From assembly GCF_018977255.1 (NCBI RefSeq), contig NW_024704742.1, positions 59,274,001 through 59,338,000 on the forward strand: a stretch of 64,000 nt of DNA, given 5' to 3'. The position numbers and the translations under genes were made by a program. This document shows, in pieces, positions 13,261-27,612 of the stretch. Position 1 is the first letter of the stretch. Every line of letters starts with the position of its first letter. The notes under the pieces were generated by a model, which was given only the letters and a program-made list of their open reading frames with translations, did no database searches and had not been told where the DNA came from. The DNA is from Callorhinchus milii. Lineage: Eukaryota.

Positions 13261-15754
13261 AATTAAATCCACCCTTTTCTGTGATCAGGAGAACAAAGAT
13301 CTTGGTGTCCAACCTACCTCGACACATAGAAAGGCCCTAACGATGATCCCTCAAAACGATCTGTGTGTTCCCTATGGTGAAAAATTGATTATCTTAGTGA
13401 GTATCTGGCAAAGCAGACTTCACATGCCATCTCTGAGCTGACAAAAATGTTTTTCTAATCGCTCACGAGGAATCGCAACTGAAAAATTCTCTCTGATGGA
13501 GAAAACTATTGTACAAAGAAATGCAGGATATTCAGAGGTGATACCAGTCAATAACTATCAATTGAAATTCCACTGTTTCATCACAAATTGGATGCAATGC
13601 ATCACATCAAATTGCATCCACACCAAAAAAGACTTTTGCCTTGATCTTCAAAACATTTGTAATTGTGCAAAAGTAATTGTCCCTGCAGATACACATTTAT
13701 ATTCCCCAAATGTGCTTTCAAATCTGAAAAACCATTCTATGCTGTTTGTCCAAAGTACAAAAGATATAGTTTGAAATCTATAGGGCTGTTCCCATGCAAA
13801 GCTGCTACATTTCTGTTCTCAAGTGCCTACTTTCAAAAATAATGAGTTATTCTTACAGTTGCAACTATTGTCAGAAATATAAATAAATACAACTTATAAA
13901 ATAAAACAGATTATATTATGTTCTCAGATCTTTGAGGCACTCTAATCTGTGGAACAAAATTTACCCTTTGATGTTATAACAATTTAATTTATACTCTTCC
14001 TGTTGTTCTTAGCAAATTTGCTGACCCTCCCCTCCCCCATCCACACAGTCTCTTAAGACTTAAGTGTGCTGATGGTTGATAGCAGTAATAATTGCCAGCA
14101 TCACAATTCCTTTCCCATTAATGACCCTATAGCTTGGAGACACTGCTAATATTATGGCTCTTTTGCATAGCATGCACAGATCTAACTTCATGAATACAGT
14201 CCACAATAATGACAATTGATTATTTTGCATCCTGTTTGCTTTTACAGGTCAGGCAGACATAAAACAAGTCTACAGCTGGATATATTTATTTAAACATTTT
14301 TAGATCATTGGTGACCTTTTTTTATTGTCCTGTAGTGCTTAATTATTCATGTCCGACTAATTCAACTGCACTGTCTGGTGCCCCTTATAATATCTTAAAC
14401 CATAGCATTTTTAAAATTCCCTTTTCAGAGACATTCCAGTCATTGATTTGCATTCAATATGCACACAAAATAGACATTACTACCTGCGATAAAATTCATT
14501 TTCACATTTTCATGTATTTCTCTGAGTTTAACAAATGATACCTTAGCTGAAAAAAACCAATCAACGCAAACAAGAACAGTAATATTTCCTGCTTCATGTA
14601 AAAGATCTGGAAATATTTAAATATTGAACTCTTTGTTCCCTTTTACATAAAATGATATCATCATAAACTTTCAGAAGTAGGTCAGAGAAAGGTCTTATGA
14701 ATTTAGTTTAAATCAGTGGAAATCCAGGATTAATGATAATTACTCACCATGGATTTCAGCAATTTAATTTACATTAGGGTACACTTGTGGAATTCACTGT
14801 GGATCACAAGGCAGATTCAGATGAATAAAGCCCTTCAGCCTATTTGATTTCATTCTTACAGAATGTCAACCTTATTGTCTTCCTATAACAGCTTCAATCT
14901 ATTTCTCAAATGAGTCCAGCGTCCTGTGGCCTCCACCACCCTTCATGGTAACCTACTACAATTGTTCAGCTAAAAAGCAGTTGGAAACTGCGTTGAGAAG
15001 ATGTTAGGGTGTGTGTTCTGGAAGGATCAGATCAGATGGACAAAAGGATGAGATCAGATGCCTTCATTATCTTGTGATAACCTTCTGCATAAAGAAAAAA
15101 ATACTTCCAGGTGTCCGTCCTCAACGTGTCCTTCACAAGCACAACCTGCGCACTCTCTTGTTCTGATCCATTAGGATATCTAGTGTACAGTTACAGGTTT
15201 ACTTTATCTATTTAACCTAGCATATAATAGATCCCCTTGGACATGTCATTTTTGGAGCATTTACTCCAGGTATTCTAGGAAACAAAAATCCTTAATGCTA
15301 TCATAGTTGGAGCAGTTGCAACAACATCTCAGTGATCAGATGCTTTTCACGTAAATGGGATGAACTAGTCTTCAGGAACCAGCTCAGATATCATTTAGCT
15401 TTTAGTGGATGCACAATATGGAGAACACCTTTTTTTAAAGAAGCCTGAAACTTATTATGTTCCATGAATAATGGATGCTTCTTGCAACTGTGTACAATAC
15501 GGTTTTTATTTCTGTGAGTGAGACGAGGCAGGCCAGATTAATTACAAATAAAAAAATGAAGCAGTCTTCTGACTAATGACATTTTTAAAATGTTTATAAC
15601 ATCTGGCTATTTCAATCTGCTTCCTTTACTTACTGTGAGATTAAGAAAGAAAGGTACATTGGTTGGTAACTCCCTCTTTAACTTAGTGATGCCGCATAAT
15701 GTAGTCTGAGTCATGCTTTTGATGTGAAAGGCATTATATAAATGTAAATTGTAT

Positions 15755-16130
15755 TGTAGCTCAGTGGTTATAGCACTTGCCTCACAAACGAGAGACCTGG
15801 GTTCGATTCCCGGCAGAGCAAAATGTTGGGGAAGTTTCCTTACTACACACACCCCTGTTTACCTTACAGTTAGTAGGAACCCGGTTGTTAGTTAATTGGT
15901 GGATCACTTTTCTGGGGGTAATAATTCCTTCAAAAATAAATAAAATAAAAATAATAAATTGTTCACTTCAATCCATGACTGTTTGTGGGACACTGTTGTG
16001 CGTAATTGGCTGCCGCTTTAGGCCAACAAAATATCCAGTCAATTCACTTTACAGTATATTCTGTGAAGCATTTTGAGACATCTCGAAGACGTGATATGGC
16101 GCTATATCAAATGCAACGATTATTATTATT
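15755..16130 (+). mobile_element. tRNA-derived SINE, long variant
   Basis: Head TGTAGCTCAGTGGTTATAGC...GGTTCGATTCC; extra internal block GTTTACCT...TAGGAACCCGGTTGTTAG. Confidence 0.9.
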
Positions 16131-16539
16131 GTACTGCTCAATGTGCATGGATTTATCAGTTGATTGTGGAATTTATTATCATCTATTGGCTTTTCAAAAT
16201 AAGAATGGGTAAGGTTCCACCTTCACCTATTGAGATGATAAACTCCAATAACTAGTGAGTCAGATCATTATGATGATATGATACAGAACAACCTGCCTTT
16301 AAGTGCTTCGCTAGAGTGTGAGTTTTCTTTTAACTCAGGTAACTGGAAGTTGCTTATCTGGTCAGCTTACCACTCTAAAAATGGTCAACTGCTGTCTCAA
16401 TGGATCACTACACAAGGGCAGGAAGAGCTGCTGATGCCACTCAGAAGCGGTGCTAATGGTAGTTCCTGCACAAACCACTCATATGGCTATACTATAACAT
16501 GTGTCATTTAAAATTTTATTAGAGTATACAAAGGCCAAA

Positions 16540-17130
16540 TTAATAATTCATTTGATATAACACCTTTCTCATTAGGAAGGCACACAAAATACTTAGCAGA
16601 ATATATTTTAAAGTGTGGTGACCGTGTATTTTATAGGCTAGCATGGCAGGCAATTTGCACATAACAAGGTCTCACAAACAGCCACAATCAGCACCCTGAC
16701 CAATTCTGCCTGGGGAATCTGTTGGCCAGGACACCTGAGAAATTCACTTCTCTTTTCAAATAGTGTCATGGAATCTTTAATGTCCACTTGAACAGGCAGA
16801 CAGGATCTTGGTTTAACATCCCATTCAAAGGATGAAACCTCCAACAATGAAACACATCCTCAGCATTGCAATGGAGTATCAGCTTTGACGATAATGATTT
16901 CCAAGTCCTGATGTGGGACTTCAACCAACAACCCTCTGACTCAGAGATGAGAATGCTACCAACTGAGCCACGTGTTCAACTGCGATCCCATCTACCTGTT
17001 GAGGTGGACATTAAAGATCCCATTGCATTATATGAAAAAGGGAGTTTTTTCCGGTGTCCTAGCCAACAATCCCCCAGGTAAAATTGCTATTTATTTCATG
17101 GCATTTTGTGAGACATTGCTGTGTACAATG
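16540..17130. mobile_element. Two Deu-domain SINEs head-to-head (16540-16972 minus; 16975-17130 plus, partial)
   Basis: Deu core read on the minus strand, then on the plus strand (GGTGGACATTAAAGATCCCATTGCA). Confidence 0.8.
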
Positions 17131-20100
17131 ATTATTGTAAACACGGCAGCCAATTCCTGTGCGCAATTGGCTGCCGCGTTTTGCCCACAAAATACACAAT
17201 CAATTTGCTTTACAGTGTAATCTGTGAATCGCTTTGAGACGTCTCATGGATGTGATAAGGCGCTATATCAAAATTAAAATAAAAAAGCAATGATTATTAT
17301 TATTAATAACTGTGGGCCCATGGACATTGTTATTGACTATCACAAAGTACTGTGTTTCAGTGCCACTTTATAGCTTAATACAGAATGAGTACCACTTCAC
17401 AGTGTATCAGTTAATTCAGCTATTAAGAAATATCACAATTCTATCCCATGACCTTAAGAACAGAACATTCAAAAAGAAAACTCCAAGGAAGATAACCAGT
17501 GGACCCAAACAGATTTGTACTCTTCCTGATCAGGGAACATGTAATATTTTGACAAGTGCTATGCTTGCAAGGTCATGACCATTTTTCTTGGAGTCCAAGT
17601 ATAGTATAAGACAGGCTTCGTGCCTTGCTTCTCTACAATATTAGGATAAATTTATCCCTGTCCTCACAAGAGCTCCCAGGAACTAATACCAAGATTATCC
17701 GATGTAACGTCTGACATTTTCTCCCACTGTTCATCCTGCTGTCTCTCGCAACTGAGTTACAAAATTAACTATCAGATGGTGGGTGGGTTATTACAGAAGA
17801 CATATGTCCACTAAATATGATGAGTTTCAAAGAACTTTTGCTTTGCAGGGGATAAGGGGGACAGGGTGAAAGTGAATAATGGGTCAGGGTTCAGGAAGAG
17901 AAAGGTTGAAATCTAACAACCAAAAAAGAAGGGAAGAAAAGTTGAGATTTAACAACCTTGGAATTTATTCTGTGGACTACATTCAAACTAAAGTCCCAAA
18001 GGTGAAGAGATAACATTTCTGAACAGGATTTCAATGCAAAGTAATGCGTGCTCCATTGTCTCCAGGTAATAATGTCACACAAATGATAATAGTGCCCACA
18101 GAACACTCCTCAAGTCACAACTTACAAATAATGGACATTATGCTGATCATGCAGAGAATTAGAGCATTTTGTTCTACCAGGAAAACCTTTGAACGTTTCA
18201 AAGCTTAACAACCAACAACAAATTACATTTGTAATGTGCTTTTCACATCGGGAGGATGTCCCAAGGTGCTGGAAAGTCAGGGATTCGGACCCGAGCTGGG
18301 TTGGGATCAGGAGGGTAGGGGTAGGAGGATGACTGACACAACAAAACACAAGTGTTAGCTATTGTAGGCTTGAATGTTATATGAAGCAATTGTGCTGCAT
18401 CCATCACAGCAAAAGGCACAATCTTACCTTCAGCGGTTGCCAGCACTGGAAGGCTTCTTAAGGATCGAAAACAAAAGCTATTCAGTATAATGGGAAATTA
18501 TTGTGGGAAAATAAATAAATTCAACCTGGAGCATAATGACGTGAATCATAATGATTGCAGGCTGTTTGTAATCTGGTGATCAGTGATAAAAATCATGATT
18601 GATCATGAAATCTCATTGCATCATAATTGTCATCAGGCTGTCTCATTCTGAGCTATTATGTTGTTTTAATTGTTACGGTGATTCATTTGTTCCCCCAAGG
18701 ATAAAATTTTAAATGCAGTTAAACCACTCCAAAATAGAATGTTTAACATTCTGCTTATTCAGTTCTTTCCTTTGGGTGGGCGGTAAAAAATGGAACGAAA
18801 TGCCACTAAAGTTTTATCATTTACATTTTTTGAAAAGACTGTTTGAGTTATTATTTCATAAGGTTTATTGTGGAGGGAAATCACTTTTAATTGTACATTT
18901 TTATTGTGCTGTTCAACCAGACACAAACTCAAGTGAGCAGAACTGACACACCAATGTGCAGTAGTTGGAAAATATTGGCTTTAGGGGTTGAACAGAGGTT
19001 GATGTGTGTGGGACTATGCAAGACAGAACATCAGTGTTTTTGTCCAAAACTGGTCATGCACAGGACAAGAATCAGACCTTGTTGCAACAGGGGATTTACC
19101 TACCATTGAACAAACACTACACTTGACATCAATTCCCTGGGAAATGCTTTGAAATTTTTCATTGGTTAGGTGCTTCTATTAAATGCAATTATTATTAGTT
19201 TTTGTTATTTGTACTATTTATTATTAATTGGTCATTCACAACATAGCTGTTTGTGAGGCAATGCTATGTGCAGATTGGCTGCCACATTCTACTAATAAGC
19301 AGAGTCACTACACTTCATGATAAAATCCTGTGAGAGATTGAGATGCATTGACAATGTGATAAGATCTATGCCAAATGCGATGATTGTTATTAATTAGTAA
19401 TTCATGTTATCATTATCAATCATTAGTGAATTTCCCTCCAACTGATGTGAAAATTTAATTCATGGGACAGAAAACCAAAACCTTGTCCAAACTCCAGACT
19501 TAGCCTACAGATCCAGATTCCTGCCATCGTTGAGCAATCCTTACCACTTTTTAAAAAAGGACACTAATAGTGGATTTCTTATATACTGTTAAATATAAAA
19601 TCAGGAAAGTCATGTAACGACAGTTAATTGCAATCACAAACAAAAATCATCCTGCTTTCCACCAATATCCAACTCCCTCTGGAAGTCAAATAAAACTAAA
19701 GTGAAAATGCAGACACACACCATCCATGTAGCAATGTATATATAATATATAATATATATATCAAAGACGCATCAGTAACTTGCACAATGTAAGATGTGGA
19801 GTGTTCGTTACAATAAATAGAGTTTGCACTGACACCTCACTGCTCAATAGTGGTTGTATTTTCATGCCACTACTCCAACATAGTAACACTGATTAGTAAG
19901 TTAAGGGAGTTCTTTGAATTCCTGCAGGTGCTCACTGTCAAGCAAACTAAGACAGAATACTGATGCTGAATACATCTTTCTCATTGCTACGACAACCAGA
20001 TGAGACAAGTGGAAGTGCAAGCCCAACATCTGCCCCACTGATAAAGTGATAAGGAAATTGTTTGATGGCAGATTTCTGAAGCCTTCAAACTGTGTGAGCA

Positions 20101-21998
20101 GAATAGGAAGCAGGTTAGTTCAGAGTGATCTGAATTCGCTCCACTTGGTTCATGTAATTGAACTTGTAATGACACAGGTCCCATTAGCAATTCATCATCC
20201 CCCAAACAAAGCTGTGCTTCACAAATGAAATATTCATACAACCATCACTTCTCTTCCCAACAGTTCAATAGTTCTCGAGAAGGATAACACTTAGTATTTG
20301 TATAGGTGAATCGGAAATTGCTTCCTCAAATGTATCAATGTGTGGTATCACCCACAAAATACACAATCACTCCACTTCAAAGCACTTTGAGACATTTCAA
20401 CGATGTGATAAGGTGCTATATCCAATGTAAGGATGATTAAAATATTTCCAGACATTATTACTCCCGAATACAAATTCACCAAATAGATGCCAAATTAAGT
20501 GAGCCAGGCTTGGGGATTAATCTAGGCATACAGGAGAGAAGGCAATGGAACTACGGAGAAGGGATGAGGAGAGGTGAGGGCTCAATGCAGAATACAAACA
20601 GTGCCATGGACAAGTTGGGCTGAATGGATGGTTTTCATGCTGCAACCATCCATGTAATTGGAGACATATTATACTAATCAAGTATTGGTTAACTATTTGG
20701 CAAATAAATTCATCAAAACCATGAGAGATCGCATGGATTATGTTTTTCAAATTTGATTTTACTTTGGGACTTTGCCAGATCAACTGCAAATGTCTTTTTT
20801 CTGGCCATACACATTGTTACCTCCTTATATATTATTTATTCCAAGTGCTTTCTGTTGGGTGTTGCTTAGGCACATTAACAGCTGTGTTCATAAAACAGTC
20901 ATTACACTTCAGAGTAATTAATTCGGTATGAGACACTGGCATATTTCAAGGTGATAAAGGTGCTAGGTCAAATATTAATATTATGCAACAACTCACATAT
21001 CAATTACTATAAATATCAAATATACTAACATCATTAAATAGTACTGCATTGCAGATGAAAGCTATTTATTTTTGTCAAACTAAAAAGGGAGAAACTACCT
21101 ATATTATAATGGATAAATACAAATTTTCATTTTACTCACTGAAATTGCTATATATTATATGAAAGGTATACAGTGGAGGACTACTTAAATGGTTTACACT
21201 GAAAATGTGCTGGATTAGCATAATAAAATGAATAGTTATTATGGTCATTAATAAGGCAAACGTCAACAACAACAGCTTGAATTTATATAGCGCCCCTCAC
21301 GAAGGGTAGCGTCCCAGAGCGCTTAGACATGCAAAACCTGTCATTAGTGTTAGATATGCAAAGAAAAAGGTTGTGTCTGATGTCATTAAATTTTCCTGGT
21401 TTGGAAGCTACTGAATATCCCAAGTGCAGCATAAAGCTTCCATGTTTTCCAGACAATTGTGAATTCAACTTTGAACTTCACCGTTGCAACATACTGAAAT
21501 CCATCTGGCCTGAGTTTTTTTTCAATGTGGTTCACGATACCAGTCATTAATAAAGATAATTTCTGTACAATCTGAATAAACCAATGCAAAGGCACGATAG
21601 GTAGTTTCATTATTGATGGTGAAAAACATTTCCACTAATGGTTGTCCTGTAAGATCTTTTGACATTCAATAAAATACATGCAGAAATTAATTTCAAAGTG
21701 AGATGAAGGATTTTTTTGCCATTTGAATGAGGGCTTTTCAGAGCTCTCTCTCTCTCCGCTCCCCCCCTCCCCACCCTTCCTTCCTGAGATGTGGATTCTG
21801 CTGTGAAAGGCCTGTTCAGTGACGGAAGTGCCTCCTCATGTTTCCACTTAAACAACACATCATCAAATGACATGCAAGAGATAAGAATATTAAGGACATG
21901 GGGAAACAGTCTGATAGTGGCATTAATGAATAGGTGCATAAGAAACAGATAGCAGTGGCAGACACAATGGACAAAATGTCTTCCTTCAGTGCTGAACA

Positions 21999-22316
21999 AG
22001 TCCTGTAGCTCAGTGGTTAGAGCACTCGCCTTGCAAGCGAGACACCCGAGTTCAATTCCCGGCAGGGCGAAACCTTGGGCGAGTTTCCTTATTCCACACG
22101 CCTAATAATAAGCCCTCCAAAACAAAACAATAATAAATTGGTCATTTTCAATCCACAACCGTTTGTGGGTCACTGCTGTGCGCAATTGGCTGCCGCGTTT
22201 CACCCACAAAAATATACAGTCAATTCACTTGACAGTCTATTCTGTGAAGCGCTTTGAGATGTCCAGAAGACGTGAAAAGTGCTATATCAATTGCAAGGAT
22301 TATTATTATTATTATT
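21999..22316 (+). mobile_element. tRNA-Ala-derived SINE, short variant
   Basis: Same head and body as the 46795 copy; (ATT)n tail. Confidence 0.92.
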
Positions 22317-22347
22317 TCCAGCTTGGTATATCTCACTGTGGAGGAAG

Positions 22348-22830
22348 TGTCAGCCTGCCTCAATACATAGCCCTCTTATCTCCCGAGTCAGAATGTTGTG
22401 GGTTCAAGTCCCGCGCCGGGGTTTTGAACTCATGTGCTCTTGGCTCACACTCCAATGCAGTGTTGGGGGCGTGCTGCATTGTTCAAAGTGCTGTCCTTTG
22501 GATTAAAGGGTAAACTGAGGTCCCGCCTGCCTGCTTAGATAAACGTTGAAGATCGTATAACATTATTCAAAAAGAGAACGGAATTTGTCCTGATGTTTAG
22601 GCTAACAATTCACTGGATACAATTGGGCACTCACTTTGCGGCCATTTATGGGACATTACTGTGTGCAAACCAGCTCCTGCATTCACCTACAAAATTGTCA
22701 CTGGAGTTGCAGTGAATTTGTGAAGTGGTCCCGACATGAAATGAAATATTAATAATATTAATAATTATTAATAATAATAGTGTAATAATAATAATAAATC
22801 TATATCAAATGTAAGGATTGTTGTTGTTAA
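22348..22830 (+). mobile_element. Deu-domain SINE
   Basis: Head CCCGAGTCAGAATGTTGTGGGTTCAAGTCCC, Deu core, family tail. Confidence 0.82.
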
Positions 22831-23384
22831 TTAATTCCCATCATACTTTCACCCCCTTCTTTGAGTTCTTCCTTGTCAGACTTACTCTGGAAAAGAAAGG
22901 CATCCATGCTGTTACTTTACACACACACACACTCAGTCGAGAGGCATTTGTTTTTCCTGTACCTCCAGAGAAACTCTGCTGGAAGCAGCAGAACATAGAG
23001 TGCATTCTTTCTAATTTTGCACTGTCCCATTGAGATGTTCTCCAGGGATTGGGGAAGGTCCTGGGTTAAAGAAAATTAACTTGCGATTCATGGCTCACAA
23101 ACAACCGTTGTGACCACTGTAGCACAATCTGTGCTACAAGTGAATGGGTTGATTTCACTGAACTGACAGCTCAGGGTATTCATAGCTGCTTCTCATTGAC
23201 AATCCATGTCTTCTTCATCAGAGGCCAGACTCTATCCAAGAAGGGTTTGCTCTCTACTTCTTTCCGCAAAAACATTTGAAAAAAAGGTATTTGAATGTGA
23301 GAATATGAAATGTATTTGGGAAAAAAATGATTAACTTGGTGAAATAGACAATTAACTTGGCCAAATGCATCTACTTGCATTTAC

Positions 23385-23495
23385 CCTTTCTTCTCCCCCC
23401 TGACCCCAGCTCGGGTCTGAAATGCTGTACACTGTCCAGCACCTTGGGACGTCCTCCTGATGTGAAAGGCGCTATACAAATGTAATCTTGTTGTA
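23385..23495 (+). mobile_element. L2 tail-only insertion (similar stubs at about 9685-9800 +, 18215-18330 -, 21265-21325 -, 27780-27860 -, 53620-53730 -, 59220-59400 +, 59714-59774 -)
   Basis: CCAGCTCGGGTCTGAAATGCTGTACACTGTCCAGCACCTTGGGACGTCCTCCTGATGTGAAAGGCGCTATACAAATG matches the longer L2 copies. Confidence 0.85.
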
Positions 23496-25649
23496 ATATA
23501 GCCATATATTTTCTGAAAATGTGGTTCCATGATGAACTTATCCAGATGTCAGGGAAAGGGGAAGAAAATACTCGAGGGAAACCAGGTGCTGTGGAATTTC
23601 ACTTCAGCAAGACGAGGCCAGACCAGAAGTACAGAGGCCAATGTTGAGAAAATCAAAAAATAAAATTGGCCACTACTAAAATTTGAAAAAAAAGACTGAA
23701 TTAAACATAAATCTAGACCCAGGTGGAAATTTTTCCCCTGTCATAACCATCAAAGAGAAAAGATTTTCACTGAGTCAGTATGCACTCACAACTTCTTGGA
23801 TGTAAAAGCAACTACACCTGATCTCTCACTTTCACTGAGATTTTTGTTCCCAAGTTATTTTTGTTTGTTCAAGATATTAGGATAGGATACAACCAAAATG
23901 ATTTTCAACTGCACCCAACTTTGAGTCCTTAATAACAGTTCATTTTCAACTAATAGAGTTTAGTCATCAGACTGAAAATCAATTTCTCCATTTCTGTTTG
24001 GACCGGTATCTCCTGTCCCAGTGTAATATGTGCCACCAACACATCAAAATACAGATCAAGATTCCAACCAAATCAAATGTTTTACGCTTTGTTCAAACAG
24101 GTTTCAAACTATTTGACATTAAATGCAAAAACAATTTGATTTCTATCAAAGTCTTATATAAACAACTGCCACAACAAGCAATATTATTTCATTGTGTTTG
24201 TGTTTTTTTCTCTTTTCAGTAGCAGATTTTACGTGAGCAGACAATTTCTGTAAGTTGACTCATTTATACTTCTTGTGAAGACATAGCTAACCAGTGTGAG
24301 TCACTGATCCAATTGCTCAGAGTTAAATTGGTCTGGAAATGTAAGTGTATTTTTCTAAAGTATGTTGCTTGACATAAGTTTTGCAAAGAACAAAAAATAA
24401 CCAGCAGTATAAAAGGTGCTAAAACACAAAAGAAGTTAATGTAGATTCCAACTTCATTAAACAGTCAACTCACTGGCATCTGTAACTAACTGCAAGACTC
24501 CAATCAACTCTTGACTAACAATAATGGACAACCTCAGGATCAACGTGGCTTCAAATGCTTGTGACTAATTTAGCTGGTCAAATAGATAACATCACTTGCT
24601 ATATTATCTCATGTTCCAACTCATTCTTTCCCAGGATCTCAAACCCGATGGACTGTATGATTTCTCTCATTCTGAGATTTTTTCTACAGTTTGCATTATG
24701 TTAGAACCCAAACTTACAGCTATTTCTTGACTGATCTGGAATTCTATTACTCTTTTCAACTATAGTGATGTCCTGATCTACACACCTGACCTTTCAACCA
24801 GATTCCTAAATATTAATAAAAATCCTAGGATGTATCTCTAAGAGAGATGACAGATTTACTATCCTTGCAAAGGTCATTAAAAGATATTCCCAATATTGTC
24901 TGAATAGATGACGAGACCATTAGCAAACATTAGCAGAATACATGATATGCTTTCTTTTATTGTTTCAATTGTTCTTCCATTTGTTGTTTGTTGCAGGCCA
25001 CTCACCATTACATATCCATTTCCAGATAATATGTTAGCTGGACATATATCATTGCACAAAATATGATGAGACAGCTTCCCCTTTCACCCTCACCATAACA
25101 ACTTAATGTGTGTTTGATTGGCCTATAACTGACTTACCTAAACCGCAGGAGAGCTCAGAAGTTAAACCAGGTGGTCACTTGAACACATAATGTTCTAGTT
25201 ACGAAGTGAAAGGCTCAATTTAATGAGCTGGCTGCTACCATATAAAAGCAAACTACTTGGAAGCAGCTGGTGAACTTATTCTCTGCATCCCCAAAGCCTC
25301 ATTAAAGCTCATCAAATTAGTTTTTATTAACATTAATGATGCTTAATGGTCAAATTCAGCAAATATAATTTTGGTAGGTAATACAGAAGAAAAGCTGATG
25401 CAGGTGATACAAGGCCAATATCTAAGCATCATTTAAGTGCAATATCAAGATTAGGTGTATTAATATGGCCATGATAGCATTAACTGAAGTATTTCTACCA
25501 ATGAATTACAGGGTCACCTCAAAGGGGAAAAAGTACTTTCCATACTGGGTGCCATCACCTCAATGGAGAATTGTATAAGAGGCACACTTCCCCAGAACAG
25601 AAACTGTCTGCTCCAAACCACAAATTCAATACAAGGAGAAATATAAAAA

Positions 25650-25850
25650 ATATATAATCCTTGCATTTGATATAGCGCTTTTCACGTCTTCTAGACGTCC
25701 CAAAGCGCTTCACAGAATATACTGTCAAGTGAATGGACTGCATATTTGTGGGCGAACGCAGCAGCCAATTGCGCACAGCAGTGTCCCACAAACAGTCGTG
25801 GATTGAAAATGACCAATTTATTATTGTATTTTTTTTTGGAGGGATTATTA
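25650..25850 (-). mobile_element. 5'-truncated SINE (similar 3' halves/tails at about 2605-2685, 5760-5915, 6737-6937, 11278-11390, 17156-17305, 29300-29425, 37345-37405, 40078-40220, 50080-50170, 54540-54645, 54950-55125)
   Basis: Shared 3' block CTGTTTGTGGGACACTGCTGTGCGCAATTGGCTGC...TGTGAAGCGCTTTG...GCTATATCAAATGCAAGGATTATT. Confidence 0.85.
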
Positions 25851-26277
25851 TGCACATTCCCCTTTCACAGTACACACAATTAGCTTTTAGAATTTGAGCT
25901 TGCCTTTAATGAAAAATAAATTAGAATTGGCATAGCTGTTTGACTAAAGATGATCACATCAGCAACTACACAATTGTGCTTTCCTATTTACTAACTTGAA
26001 AGACAAATTACCAGTGAGAACACCTTTCAATTTTCAGGCAACAGATTTTTGATTTCTGTTGATGAAATTAATTGAAAGCTGTAAGAAACAGCACTCCTGC
26101 CATATCTCACGAGTCCAACCCACAAGGTATTGTTGTGCCTTCTACTCTATTAATGCAGATGGGCAACTTCCTCATCTTATCTATTAAGTACAACATTCTG
26201 CAAACTACAAAGTGTTCTGACATCTGCCTTTACTACGGGAGGAAAATGTAAAATTTTCAATCACAAACCTGTTGGTG

Positions 26278-27612
26278 TGAGAGAGCCATTGCCTCCCAGC
26301 TTCGCTCTTTCCTCTACTCTCACTCCCTGCATGAGGCCCTCCAATCGGGGTTCGGAAACTGCTCTGGTCAATGTCACAAATGACATCCTGACCGTGTGTG
26401 ACCAGGACTCTCTCTGCCTCCTCGTCCTCTCCGGATACCTTTGATACTATGGACCACTCAATCCTCCTCCACCGCCTCTTCTCCCACATCAACCTTCAAG
26501 GTTCTGTCCTTGACTGGTTCAAGTACTACCCTTCACATCGCTTCCACTTTGTCTCTGCAAACGGCTTCTCCTCCAGCCCCCACACAGTCTCATGCGGCAT
26601 TCCTCAGGGCTCTGTCCTTGGTCCCCTCCTCTTCACCCTTACATGACATCTTGGTGACATCATACGCAGACATGGGGTGAATTTCCACATGTATGCAGAT
26701 GACACCCAATTCTATCTCTCTGCCTCCACTCTGAACTCCAGGACTACTGGTTTCCTGATCGACTGCCTGTACGACATGAAGTCCTGGATGAGGGACAACT
26801 TTCTCCAACTGAACATCAGCAAGACCGAGGCCCTCCTGATTGGCTCGCGCCATCGCCTCCACACCCCGGGCGCTGGCAGCATCAGCCTCCACAGCTGCAT
26901 ACTCAACCTCACTAAACCAGTCAGGAACCTGGGTGTCTTTTTTGACCCTGAACTGTTCTTTCTCCCCCACATCCACGCCATGACCGGCACTGCCTACCAC
27001 CACCTCCGGACATTGCCAGACTCCGCCACTGCCTCACCTCTGAAGATGCCAAAACCCTCACCCACACATTCATCACATCAAGGCTCGATTACGGGAACTC
27101 CTTCCTCATCGGCCTTCCCAACTCTTCCCTTCACAAGCTGCAGGTCATCCAAAACTCTGCAGCTCATGTACTCTCGCGCACCAGGCTCTGTGACCGCAGC
27201 ACTCCCACCATCGAACGACTCCACTGGCTCCCCATCCCTCAGAGGATCGAATTCAAAATCCTCATTCTCACTTTCAAGGTCATCCATGGCATTGCCCCCT
27301 CCTACCTCCCTAACCTGCTGACTCCCTCCATGTCTCCCACCCGACCCGCCTTATCATCGGTGGCCAGGCTTTCAGCCTCTCTGGCCCCGCACTCTGGAAC
27401 TTCATCCCACAGTTCCTTTGCCTCACTTCCTCCCTTACCTCCTTTAAGACCCTCCTCTTCGATCGTGCCTTCAGTCGCTCTCCCACCTTTCTGCCTTCCC
27501 TCACCCCTACCCCACCCCACCCCCATGCTTGAGTCCTGAACCCTGGCTGTCCAGCGCCTTGGGACTTCCTCCCAACATGAAAGGTGCTCTATAAATGTAA
27601 TTTTGTTGTTTT
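26278..27612 (+). mobile_element. 5'-truncated L2 LINE (RT to tail)
   Basis: ORFs with [13 protein letters not shown] and [13 protein letters not shown]2 tail at about 27545-27612. Confidence 0.93.

Noticed and set aside
18428..18477. Possible 50-nt minus-strand exon (AG...GTAAGA; one open frame FCFRSLRSLPVLATAE)
   Set aside because: Good donor but weak polypyrimidine tract, no recognisable protein and no partner exons; needs RNA-seq.
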